Below, in pieces: positions 25,013 to 37,731 of a stretch of DNA of 45,274 nt. The stretch is from Octopus sinensis (Eukaryota), in the NCBI RefSeq assembly GCF_006345805.1, contig NW_021829635.1:1-45274 (forward strand). The letters run 5' to 3'. How positions within the stretch are numbered: the first letter of the stretch is position 1; every line of letters starts with the position of its first letter. Below the pieces are notes generated by a model. It saw nothing but the letters and a program-made list of their open reading frames with translations. It was not told where the DNA came from and did not search any database. A program made the position numbers and the translations under genes.

Positions 25013-25093
25013 CTACATACATACATACATACATACATACATACATACATACATACATACATACATACATACATACATACATACATACATACA
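25012..25093. repeat. (TACA)n microsatellite
   Basis: Direct reading. Confidence 0.95.
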
Positions 25094-25994
25094 TGGCTTA
25101 TAAGTGAATTTGGTAGACTGAAACTGTGGAAGTCAGTCATGTATGTATGTATGTATGTATGTATGCATGCATGTATGTATATATGTATGTATGTACGCAT
25201 GTATGAAAGTATGTGTATGTGCGTCTTTGAGTTTATCCCCCACCACTCGTCTGTCCGATGAGCTCACGCTCAAACCATTTTCGTCTCACCGTTTTCATCG
25301 ACTCGAGAGTATGATAGAATACTTTGTTCAAAGGTACTGCACGGAGAAACTGAACCCGGTTGAGCATGATTATTAAGAGAACTTCCACTTCCTTCACACG
25401 CATAAAATTATGAATATTATCAGAGAAATATCAATTTATCACGCCTACATCAGAGAACAAATTATGGTTCATCGTGAGGGAGATAGGGAAACATATGCCG
25501 AGCAATTGTTTCTCCGGCATCCTTCGAGTGTGTTGCGTTGTTTCAGAATGATACGCCAAGTATTTGAGGAAAAATAATCAATTATTTTCCTACGCTTTGT
25601 TAGTTTTTGCCATTAAGAGACAGCAATTTGTCTGCTGTAGGGCGGCTTATACCAAGTGGGGGCCTTGAGGAGAGATATTGTTCAAGGGTTTGTCTATCAC
25701 TTGGAACAATGCTTGCAAAGTTGCACCATATGTAAACATACGTAAATGTATTTTTCGCCAAGTTATATGTTGCTCGTATACATACTTACATTCATACACA
25801 CAAATACATACATAAATAAATGCACTTATATATAAATACGTATGCATGAATATCATACTGCATGCGTGTGTATATATACGTATATATAGGTTATATATAT
25901 TATATGTGTGGTGTGTGTGTGTGTGTATGTACATACATACATATATATACGTATATATACACACGCATGCAGTATGAATATATTTTTTATGTGA

Positions 25995-26079
<85 letters not shown>

Positions 26080-26086
26080 TATTATA

Positions 26087-26119
<33 letters not shown>

Positions 26120-26170
26120 ATAATATATATATAATATATTATATACAATATGTACATTACTCGGTAGTCA

Positions 26171-26231
26171 AGATAAAACTCTGAGTTTCAGATGCCGAAG
26201 TGGAAATCCACAACACCATCTTTCGGTTATT
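26171..26231 (-). ncRNA. Hammerhead-like motif, left-arm copy (core reads CCGAAA-GATG, one base shorter)
   Basis: Reverse complement of 28010-28072 with a 1-nt indel in the core and a weaker stem I (ATAA/TTAT). Confidence 0.3.
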
Positions 26232-28009
26232 GGCTATTTGAAAACGTTATGAAAAAATACCGTTAAAAATGAAGAGAATTACTCTGTTATAACTCTGCTT
26301 GCCTGCGTGCTTATACATCGCTCGCAGTTTCGTCATAAAAATTATATAAAAATACATAAAAATATATAAAAATATATAAAAATATATAAATTCTTTATTC
26401 TGGGACATAACACAGAAAGCATGTTCTATCCGTTTCTTTAGGGGCACAAAACGTAACAGAAATTTAGTCACATGTGGGCATGATCCGAAAAGCTCTGTCC
26501 TTGTATTTAGACATGTGGTAGGGTCTAAGCTGCTTTCCAGATAAGCCATCTCTCCATGTCGCATAAACCGCACCTTCCGCTGCCGTTAGTGTAGGGCTTA
26601 CATCTGGCCAAAATCTTCCATTGTATGTTATAATCGACACCTTTATCTCTTAAAGACCAAAATATGATTGGATAATGTGTCGCTTTTCTTTTGTTCTAGT
26701 GCCTAAAGCTCAAAGTGTGGTTATTGAACCTAGCCTTGAAATTACCCTCTGTCAGGCCCACGTATTTCTTCGTCGAAAACGGTGTCTTTAGTGGTTATAG
26801 AGTTTACGGTAGCTTCATATATGATGGTCTTGGACATGCAAGCTCCATTTAGCGGGCACAATTCTTTATTCTGCATGAACAGCTGTTTTCTTCTTGTGTT
26901 TTTTGTATGTTATGATTGATTATGTTTTTTAAAATTGGTAGTTGAACTAAAACTAATTTTTAATTGTGTCTATTGAAGAGTTTCCTATAAGCATGGTTAA
27001 CTGGAAAATGTCTATCTATCAGTGCTAGGAAATATTTACCTATATTGAAGGCCACCTCGGGTGAGTAAGGGGGCGTAAACCAGATGACCTTCCTATTTCC
27101 ATTATTCCTTTCCTTACTGTTGGGCTGGTGATAGGTGTATATTTTATTTTTTCGCTATATTTTATTTTACGCCCCTTACTCACCCGAGGTGGCCTTCAAT
27201 ATAGGTAAATATTTCTAGCACTGATAGATAGACATTTTCCAGTTAACCATGCTTATAGGAAACTCTTCAATAGACACAATTTAAAAATTAGTTTTAGTTC
27301 AACTACCAATTTAAAAACATAATCAATCATAACATACAAAAAACACAAGAAGAAAACAGCTGTTCATGCAGGAATAAAGAATTGTGCCCGCTAAATGGAG
27401 CTTGCATGTCCAAGACCATCATATATGAAGCTACCGTAAACTCTATAACCACTAAAGACACCGTTTCGACAAGAAGAAATACGTGGGCCCCTGACAGAGG
27501 GTAATTTCAAGGCCAGGTTCAATAACCACACTTTGAGCTTTAGGCACTGGAACAAAAGAAAAGCGACACAATTATCCAATCATATTTGGTCTTTAAGAGA
27601 AAAGGTGTCGATTATAACATACAATGGAAGATTTTGGCCAGATGTAAGCCCTACACTAACGGCAGCGGAAGGTGCGGTTTATGCGACATGGAGAGAGGCT
27701 TATCTGGAAAAGCAGCTTAGACCCTACCACATGTCTAAATACAAGGACAGAGCTTTTCGGATCATGCCCACATGTGACTAAATTCTGTTTCGTTTTTGGT
27801 CCCTAAAGAGAAACGGATAGAACATGCTTCTGTGTTATGTCCCAAGAAGATTTTATATTTTTATATATTTTTATATATTTTTATGTATTTTATATAATTT
27901 TTATGACGAAAAATGCGAGCGATGTATAAGCACGCAGGCAAAGCAGAGTTAAACAGAGTAATTTCCCTTCATTTTTAACGGTATTTTTTCATAACGTTTT
28001 CAAATAGCC

Positions 28010-28072
28010 AGATAACCGAAGAGATGGTGTTGTGGATTTCCACTTCGGCATCTGAAACTCAGAGTTTTATCT
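28010..28072 (+). ncRNA. Putative minimal type I hammerhead ribozyme (U4C core variant)
   Basis: Stem I AGATAA/TTATCT; core CCGAAGA (28016-28022); stem II GATG/CATC; T-GAAA (28054-28057); stem III ACTC-A-GAGT (1-nt loop, so dimer-type); cleavage triplet GUU. Lies at the 3' terminus of a Penelope-like element, where such ribozymes are known to occur. Confidence 0.55.
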
Positions 28073-28165
28073 TGACTACCGAGTAATGTAACATATTGTA
28101 TAGATAAATTTCCTCTATTTACATAATATTGAGGTCTCTTTCTTTTGTATCTTACCGTTTTATCA

Positions 28166-28201
<36 letters not shown>

Positions 28202-28367
28202 CATGCATTTATATTTATATATAAATGTATATATGTATATATGTATAATATATATATATATATATATATATTTTATTATATATATATTTAGTATGTATGT
28301 ATATATATATGTATATAGATATATATAGATATGTATATATATATAGATATTTATATCCATATACATT

Positions 28368-28399
<32 letters not shown>

Positions 28400-29365
28400 G
28401 TATATGTATGTATATATATGTATGTATGTATATATATATAATATATATATATGTATATGTATGTATATATATATGTGTATATGTATGTATGTATATGTAT
28501 GTATGCATTGTATATATATATATATATACTATATAATATATATATATTATATATATACACATACAGAGTAGAGCAAAAGTAGATATACAGTTATGAAAAA
28601 GAAAACATTTTTATTAAAAAAAGTCTAACTTACGATAAAAGTATTATTATGATTAATGACACTGAAAATATCAAAAATGAGACTAACTAATTTAATGTGT
28701 TAATAATTTTAATAAATTAATTATCATAACATCGATGTGATACTTATTGTATACCTACTTTTGCATATATGCATCTATATTTATGTATGTATGTATACAA
28801 AAACGTAAACGCACACGTGTGTGTATATGTGTGTGTGTGTGTGCGTGAGTGCCTCTGTGTGTGTGTATGTGTGCATGACTATGTGTGTGTTTGTGTGCAT
28901 GTGTATGGTGTGTGTGTGTATCCGTGTGTTTGTGTGTGTATACATGTATGTGTTTGTAGGCGCAGTATGTTTATTTCGCAGCCACAGAGTCCCAAATTCG
29001 ATTCCATTGTGGGCCACATTGAGCAAATATTACACTCTATAACAGGCTGACCTGTAACTTATGACAAAAACTGGGTAAACGGAACCTGAATAACAACCCG
29101 TCATATTGACTGTACCTTTAATTCCAAAATGGTACAACATTGTCACAAACTGTGGCACATGGATTCCGATTACATTAATTCACGGGTAGGTAATTCTGCT
29201 GATCGAGTAACTGAAATCTCATCATCGCATGAAGGATATCCACCATCATATACATATATACACGTTCACAAATACACACACAACACGTATCATAAGATAA
29301 TTGTGCGTGTGTGATAGTCGGTAGGTGTGGATGGATGCGTCTTGTGTGTGCTGACAATTAAGCGG

Positions 29366-29512
29366 ACATGCACACATTCATATATATATATATATATATA
29401 CGTATATATAAATACATACATAGACACTCTTTACTTGCCCACATGCACACATTCATATATATATATATATATATACGTATATATAAATACATACATAGAC
29501 ACTCTTTACTTG
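29366..29512. repeat. 72-bp tandem duplication (period 75) overlapping a SINE tail end
   Basis: ACATGCACACATTCA(TA)nCGTATATATAAATACATACATAGACACTCTTTACTTG x2. Confidence 0.9.
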
Positions 29513-29883
29513 TTTCAGTCATTCGACTGCGGCCATGCTGGAGCACCGCCTTTAGTCGAGCAAATCGACCCCGGGACTTATTCTTTGTAAGCCCAGTACT
29601 TATTCTATCGGTTCTTTTGCCGAACCGCTAAGTGACGGGGACGTAAACACACCAGCATCGGTTGTCAAGCAATGCTAGGGGGACAAACACAGACACACAA
29701 ATACACACACACATACATATACATATATATGACAGGCTTCTTTCAGTTTCCGTCTACCAAATCAACTCACAAGCCATTGGTCGGACCGGGGCTATAGCAG
29801 AAGACAGTTGCCCAAGATGCCACGCAGTGGGACTGAACCCGGAACCATGTGGTTGGTTAGCAAGCTACTTACCACACAGCCAC
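29500..29883 (-). mobile_element. Full-length SINE family B
   Basis: Aligns to the family B consensus. Confidence 0.9.
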
Positions 29884-29890
29884 ATATATG

Positions 29891-29952
<62 letters not shown>

Positions 29953-30522
29953 ATATATACATGTATGTAGATCTACATATATATATACATATGTATACAT
30001 ACGCATACATGCATATATATATGTGTGTGTGTGCGTGTGTGTGTGTGTATGTGTGTGCATGCGTGTGTGTTGATTGATTGATTGTGTATTTGAATAGGAT
30101 TTCAACTGCTTTTAACTGCTTATTCAACTATTTTGTACGTCGTTAAAAATGATGTCCCAGCTAAATAAATATTATTCAAGCGAGTTATTTTATTTAATAT
30201 CTAAGATTCTCACCATCAGCATAAATTCTGTTTTCTGAAAGTTGATCAACAATACCAAATAACACACACACAGACATATACATGTGCGTGCGTGTGTGTG
30301 TGTGTGTGTGTGTGTATAATTCATAATCGCTGAAAAGTGACCATGGGTGCAGAGAGCACTAGTATTGCTAGAAAAAATAGTCAAAGACCCTTTAGCCATA
30401 AAAGCACACGTTTTATGTACTTGCGGTTATGGGTTGTCTCCATTGTCGGAAACACGTCTAGCCACCTTAATTATTTATATATATATGTGTGTGTGAGTGT
30501 TGTGTGTGTGTGTGTGTGTGTT

Positions 30523-30678
30523 GTGTACAAATATATGCACATATACATACATATATGTGTGTGTGTTTGTGTGTGCGTGTGTGTGTGTGTACAAATATAT
30601 GCACATATGCATACATATGTGTGTGTGTGTTTGTGTGTGCGTGTGTGTGTGTGTACAAATATATGCACATATACATAC

Positions 30679-30714
<36 letters not shown>

Positions 30715-30738
30715 ACAAATATATGCACATATACATAC

Positions 30739-30769
<31 letters not shown>

Positions 30770-30770
30770 G
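30523..30770. repeat. Minisatellite, 4 units of about 60-64 bp built from TG/TA microsatellite
   Basis: GTGTACAAATATATGCACATAT(A/G)CATACATAT(GT)n repeated four times. Confidence 0.9.
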
Positions 30771-31527
30771 TGGTGTGTATTAATAAATTACTTGTGTATT
30801 AACAGTATTATGTTTCAGTGCTCCACTGTAATCTATAATATATCTATAGATTTTAACCAATCCTGGGTGTGGAAACAGACAAAATTCTATCCCGCAAAAG
30901 GAAAATAGAGATTAACCGAATAGGATTTTATTCTTTGTCGGGATTTCATCAACAACTGAGTATCTTCGTTTTCTGACCACGGTGGCACAATTCCTCAGCA
31001 CTCAGTTAAATAAGAGAAACTGATTTCTATATACAACTCACTCGTGAATATATTACTATGTTAACAGTATTAAGTTTCGATGTTTCAGTGTTAAACTATA
31101 TCATAGAATATATCTATAAGTAATAGTCAACATTTTACGTAATACGCATATGTAAACACCTTATTCTATTATACAATATCTCCGTGTTCAAGCTGCAAAA
31201 AATGCGTTATAAATGCAAATCGATTTTTCCGATTTACTTATATCACCATTATTCTCAACTTTTCCCCTCTACCTCTTTCTCGTTGTTTAACAACCTCTGT
31301 AGCTCACTCTCCTACTACCGTCTGCTACCATATTTCTCCGCTTTCACTCGTGTTCATTGTCACTTTTTTCATATCTTTATCTATTTTTCACACGCACAAA
31401 CAGCTACGTTGTCTCTTCCTCAATACTTCCCTCCTAGGCCTTCTCCAACGAAACGCATCTAACGCTATCCTTCAATTCAACAAAGCTAGATAACGAACGC
31501 ATGTATGTATAAATAAATGTCTCTACT

Positions 31528-31589
<62 letters not shown>

Positions 31590-32223
31590 TGGATAAGTGT
31601 GTGGGAATGCATATGTATACATATATATGTGTGTGTGTGCGTGGGTGTGTATGTATATGTATACACACACATATATAAGTTTATATATATTAATATATAT
31701 TTATACATACATATATATATACATATATTCACATTGTGTATACATACATATATATATGTGTGTGTGTGTGTGTGTATGTGTGTGTGTGTGTGCGTGTGTG
31801 TGTGTGTATGTATGTGTATGTGTACATATAGTCCGAGTAATTTACCCGCCTTACATCTGACTCAAAAGAATCCTGTTTAGAATTTATCAGAGACATTGTT
31901 AAAAACATCTTGCTGGATGTCTAGCCTTGTTGAGTATCTAACTGCCCCATCTCATGCTACGGATAACAGAAAATTCTATGGAAATGGTAAAGTAATGTTG
32001 ACACAATATCAGACAAGTGTTGTCGTAACACTGGAACGAAACTCTTTTGTAGGCAGCAGTGCATAAATGTATATAAATATATAATCGAAAACATATTTCT
32101 AACAAGAAATACATACGTATGTATACATGTATGTATTAATGTATATATATATTATAATATATATATTATATATATATATAATATATATATATATATATAA
32201 TATATAATATAATATATTATAGA

Positions 32224-32261
<38 letters not shown>

Positions 32262-32269
32262 TATTATAC

Positions 32270-32338
<69 letters not shown>

Positions 32339-32542
32339 ATATAATATATATATATATGCATGTGCGTGTTTAATAGTGGGGGTGTATGAAACAATCACGT
32401 CTGTATTGTAGTTCAACATATTTTTATGGGTCTTTTATTATATACCCCCGTTATTACTCTGGCAGACGTGCTATTTTTGCTGTATACACATTCATAAAAG
32501 AAAACATGGATATACCACCCATCCCTCTCTCACTTCCCGACG

Positions 32543-32598
<56 letters not shown>

Positions 32599-33432
32599 CT
32601 CTCTCTATCTCTCCCGTCCCATTGCTTGCGCGTGAGCGTGCGCATATATATATATATATGTATATATGTGTGTGTGTGTGTGTGTGTATGTGGAGTGAGG
32701 TTGAATTATATTTCATCCTTTATTCTGGAAGGTTCCAAAGGCAATTTCTTACAGAGATTCTTCATATTTTACCGGCAGCTTACTGGCATAAGATTTTTGC
32801 GAATATGAAATTATTACATGTAAATGGTGTGTTATGAGAATTTATGGTAAAGCATCCCGTAAAAGACTCATCAAGTATGTTAAAAAATGGAGAAGATGTT
32901 AAAATTTAAAAGTATTTTAATACCTGCATACGATCGTTTCGAAAAGCGATATCAATGTGTAAATAACATGGTAGAATAATGAAAGTTAATTTCATTAAAT
33001 TTAATTATATATCACTGTTCTCCTCGGTGCAAAAAGTATGCAACAGGAATTATTACTATTACAGAAGGCTTGATGAAGGTAATAGCAGATAGCAAATACG
33101 GATATACATATTTTATCCTTATAAAAAATTGATAGCATACTAAAGAATGTTGTTGAATCTTGTTGTGTATAAACTAAAACTGATGCAGCTAACGGTTATT
33201 TGAAAATATGAGTGAAAAATGTTTCAGATACAATCCCTCTATAATAAGTAGATAAGTAATTTAAAATCCAAATAATTCATTTTCATAGAAAGTTTAATAG
33301 ATGTGTCCAATGGAAAGACATAGTTATGTTTGAATTAGGATATGAATTGACAGTTATAAGTAATATTAGATATGGTGTGTATTTAAAATTTTTTTTGTGT
33401 GAGAATGAAATTAAGACTAGTGACTGTAGTAA

Positions 33433-33436
<4 letters not shown>

Positions 33437-33503
<67 letters not shown>
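33437..33503. repeat. (TA)n microsatellite
   Basis: Direct reading. Confidence 0.95.
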
Positions 33504-33506
<3 letters not shown>

Positions 33507-33645
33507 GAGTAACACATAATGTAAACAGGTGGAAAAAAGAGTACTCAAATACCAGTGGTAGAGTAATATGCTTTATTTAAAGCAGCAGAAAATTCAACAA
33601 AACCTGTTACTCTGAGTTTCCCGTTGCTGTTCGTCGGACAGTTTT
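33504..33645 (-). mobile_element. Penelope-like terminal fragment carrying a hammerhead-like motif and ending in (TA)n
   Basis: Shares GAAACTCAGAGT and CCGANGA with the 28-kb PLE terminus but otherwise differs; abuts a truncated mariner. Confidence 0.6.
33604..33641 (-). ncRNA. Putative minimal type I hammerhead ribozyme (U4C core variant)
   Basis: Minus strand CTGT-CCGACGA-ACAGCAACGG-GAAA-CTC-A-GAG-TA-ACAG: stem I CTGT/ACAG, core CCGACGA, imperfect stem II, near-palindromic stem III, GUA cleavage triplet. Confidence 0.5.
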
Positions 33646-33647
33646 TG

Positions 33648-34382
33648 CCATGAAGTTCTCTTCTCGGTTGTGGTTGAGATTTTTCCCTTTTACCAAGCCA
33701 TTGTTTACGACATTTAACATTTCGATAGAAGATCCATTTTTCGTCACCAGTCACAAGTCTATCCAAAAACGGGTGAAATGAGTTCGCGAGAATGGAGAGA
33801 AAAGCAGATATCAACTTCGAATTTGCGGTTGCTTTTGGACAATTCATGAGGCACCCATTTTTCAAGTTTAGGAACGTTTCCAAGTTGTTGAAGATGACGA
33901 TGAACAGTTATATGGTTTGAATTAAGCTTTATTGCCAATTCTTCAACTGATAATGCAGGATTTTCTTCAAGTAATGCCTCAAGGAGCTAATCATCAAACT
34001 CAACTGGACGTCCTGTTCGATCTTCATATTCAATGCTGAAATCTCCACTTCTGAATTTTGCAAACCATCTTCTGCGTGTTCTTTCATTCAAGCATTCTTT
34101 CCCATAAACTGAGGGTATGTTTCGAGTCGCTTCGGCTCCAAATTTTCCGTTTTCGTACATTACGTGCCTCCTCAAATGCTCTTTGGATATGTCCATATTA
34201 GAAAGGGCTTTAATCAAAGAAATTTTAATTCTATTATTCTGCAAAATAATATTTAATTAGTTTACATGTATACAAATGCATAAAAATAATTTTTAATTCC
34301 ATTAGACATTCTAAAATACTATTAAATTCCATTCAATTTTAAACAAGGTAAAATCTGACAGAGCTTATGGGATGACCTGATA
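33648..34382 (-). pseudogene. 3'-truncated mariner: 5' TIR plus N-terminal half of the transposase
   Basis: TIR-like TATCAGGTCATCCCATAAG at 34382. Frames give MDISKEHLRRH..AEATRNI..VYG..LNERTRRRWFAKFRSGDFSIE..RTGRP (HTH) and FLDRLVTGDEKWIFYRNVK..QW..PQPRRELHGK. Confidence 0.9.
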
Positions 34383-35338
34383 CATCGACCCCAGTACATG
34401 ACTGACACTTATGTTATCGACCCCAAAAAGATCAAAGGTAAAATCAACCTCTGCGGAATTTGAACTTAGAACATAAAGATGGACTGAATACCTATTTCTT
34501 TACTACCCACAAGGGGCTAAACATAGACAGACAAACGGATTAAGTCGATTACATCGACCCAGTGCGTAACTGGTACTTAATTTATCGACCCCGAAAGGAT
34601 GAAAGGCAAAGTCGACCTCGGCGTAATTTGAACTCAGAATGTAACGGCAGACAAAATACGGCTACGCACTTAGCCCGGCGTGGTAACATTTCTGCCAGCT
34701 CGCAGCTTTATTTTTATTATTAATAATGATAATAATAATCCTTTCTTGTATAGGCGCAGGGCATGAAATTTGGTGGGAAGGAATAAATGGATTACATCGA
34801 CCCCAGTGCGTAAATAGTACTTATTTCACCGATGCCGAAAAGATGGAAGGCAAAGTCGACCTCGACGGAATTGAACCCAGAACGTAGCGACAGGTGATAT
34901 ACCGTTAAGCATTTCGCCCAGCGGTCTAACAACTCTGCCAGCTCACCGCCTTATTATTAATAGTAATAATATTCTTTCTACTGGAAGCACAAGGCCTCAA
35001 ATTTGGAGGAAGAGATTAAGCTGATTACATTGACCCCAGTGCGTAACTGGTATTTATTTCATCGACCTCGGCGGAATTTGAATTCAGACGGAAGCGACGG
35101 GTGATATACCTATTTCTTTACTACCCACAAGGGGCTAAACACAGGGAGGACAAACAAGGACAGACAAAGGGATTAAGTCGATTATACCGACCCCAGTGCG
35201 TAACTGGTACTTATTTAATCGACCCCGAAAGGATGAAAGGCAAAGACGACCACGGCGGAATTTGAACTCAGAACGTAAGTGCAGACGAAATACCGCTAAG
35301 CATTTCGTCCGGCGTGCTAACGTTACTGCCAGCTCGCA
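34381..35338 (-). mobile_element. Cluster of five co-oriented family A SINE copies (about 34381-34492, 34488-34706, 34740-34950, 34972-35110, 35106-35338)
   Basis: Repeated TCGACCCCAGTGCGTAAC..GGCAAAGTCGACCTCGGCGG cores; two tail types; TAA spacers. Confidence 0.9.
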
Positions 35339-36203
35339 GAACCTTATTATTATTATTAATAGTAAAAGTAATAGTAATAATATCATAATCATTATTATCA
35401 TAATCTTCCTTCTCGTTGTTGACATTGTTGCTGCTGTCGCTGCTGCTGTTGTTCTTGTAGTTGATATTGTTTAAATCTTTTCCTGTATATAATATGATGT
35501 CCTCTTTTACTAAATCATAGCACAAGGTAAAGAACAAAAGAACGAAAACAACAACGTTAAAGGGCCGTAGCTAAATACCACATTTTGAAAGTTGATTTGC
35601 TCATTGCTTTGTATTTTCGAATCTAATGTTTTGTAGTTGACGTTTTAGATTTGAGTTTTTATCTTTATCTCCTTGTTTCGCTTTGTTTTGTGTTACTGTG
35701 CCTTGTCTATTGTTTTATCAGTGATGTCTCTTCTCTTAAGGTCATATAGTCCTCCTTCTAGCAGCCACCGTTACTGGATCATGCGGCATAAGAGAAAAGA
35801 AGAAAGAAATTATATTTTGGCAAAATAAACAACGACGCAAACATCTCCGTCATCTAGACAATCTAGATGTTTAGTTACGCTTCCATAGTCAATCAAAAAA
35901 TTCCCATAGATCGTATCGGAAACGCCACAAAAAAACAAAACTCAGAACAATTATAGCAGACGTGATGGTAGTGGGTGGTGGGGGTGGTGGTGGTGGTGGT
36001 GGTGGTGGCGGTAGTGCGGATTTCTTAATGCGAGATCTAATCTCAGCGAGAAATCTTTGTGGTGTGTTTGTTTGTGCGTGTGTGTGTTCGTGCGTGTGTG
36101 AATATATGTATACACATCATCATACGTATATTTTTCAGTACATAGATACAAGCACGCGCACGCACACACACAAACGTATATGTATATTATACATTAACTT
36201 TTA

Positions 36204-36281
<78 letters not shown>

Positions 36282-36913
36282 TATATTATATATATACAAT
36301 ATAATGTATGTATGTGTATGTATGTATACAAATATATTAATATATACATATATATCTGTGTTTGTAAGTATATATATAATATGTGATAATATATATACGT
36401 GTGTGTGTGTGTACGCGACTAGTTTAATTCTGCAATCATATCTTAACGCAGTCAATCGGTTTTGAAGATGATGCTCCCTCCCGCCGAAGCAAAAAAGAAA
36501 CAGCAACAATAACAACAACAATAATAATAATAATAATAATAATAATAATCTATAGATATATAAAATACATCGTACAAAAAAAACTATAAAGACATACAAA
36601 AACAATTGAAAGGGAAAAAATTATGAGATAAAAGAACGCCACCAAACAAACAACAACAACAACAACTATATCCAGAAGAAAAAATAAAAGGCAAGAATTG
36701 CTCACAGTCGGGCAGTTGACATAACGATAGTCATGGTTAAGTGAAGCGAGCCAAGTCGAAGTGAAGTGAAGCGGAAAATTTACTGAGAAGACTCATTACG
36801 TAGCCAATTGTTGTGTGTCGTGTATTGTGTATGTTGTACGTTGTAGGGTTAGTATATGTGAGCATGCGTCTGTATGTGTGTGTGTGCGTGAGTGTTTGTG
36901 TGTGTGTGTGTGT

Positions 36914-36949
<36 letters not shown>

Positions 36950-36987
36950 GTTTCTGTACAGTTGTATGTGTGAATATGCGGCCGGCA

Positions 36988-36994
36988 GTAATAA

Positions 36995-37063
<69 letters not shown>

Positions 37064-37067
37064 GGTG

Positions 37068-37117
<50 letters not shown>
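36988..37117. repeat. (TAG)n/(TGG)n compound microsatellite
   Basis: Direct reading. Confidence 0.9.
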
Positions 37118-37621
37118 AACTGTGTGAATTTTATCATCGTTTCGCCATCATCGTTATTTCTTTATTTCCTCTTTTTTCTTTTTTCTTTTTGCTCTTTTCT
37201 CTACTTTGCAAATGTTTTCAGTTTATCAACATAACAACAACACTAACTACAACAGCAATAACAACAACAACAACAACATATCGTCGTGTCTCGCTTTGTT
37301 TTTTTTTGTTTTTTTTTATTTGTTTGTATTTTTAACATTATTTCTTGTTTACGTCTCCGACTTCATTACTGTCCACCATTTTAATTTTTGGGTCTTTTTT
37401 CATTTTTTTGTTGATTTGCTTTTTTCTTTTCTTTTGCTCTGTTTTTCAATGATTTTTTTTTGTTTGTTTTTGTTAATACTTTTGATGTAGCAGTGTATTG
37501 TTTTGTTATTAATGTTATGGTAGTTCTTGTTGTTGCTGCTGTCGTTCTTAATATTTTTTTGCTTTCCTTCTCGTCTCCTCTTCATCTTTTTTTCTTTTTC
37601 TGTTCATCTTTACTTCGATCT

Positions 37622-37671
37622 TCCTCCTCCTCCTTCTTCTTCTTCTATACTACTACTACTACTACTACTAC

Positions 37672-37731
<60 letters not shown>

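Larger units (their letters stand above)
26142..28102. mobile_element. Fold-back Penelope-like element: two head-to-head copies (26142-27079 minus, 27166-28102 plus) of the RT-EN linker, GIY-YIG endonuclease and 3' terminus
   Basis: About 937-bp arms, 86-bp spacer. Combining both arms gives YAPYSPEVAFNIGKYFLALIDRHFPVNHAYRKLFNRHNLKISFS..CSCRNKELCPLNGACMSKTIIYEATV..KKYVGLTEGNFKARFNNHTLSF..TQLSNHIWSLRDKG..IQWKIL..CGLCDMER..CLNTRTELFGSCPH, the classic Penelope/Poseidon GIY-YIG signature. Confidence 0.93.

Noticed and set aside
30523-30770. CRISPR-like repeat/spacer look
   Set aside because: Spacers are (GT)n rather than unique sequence, there are no cas genes, and the context is eukaryotic.
35968-36012. 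G-quadruplex-prone (GGT)n
   Set aside because: Ordinary trinucleotide microsatellite with no functional context.
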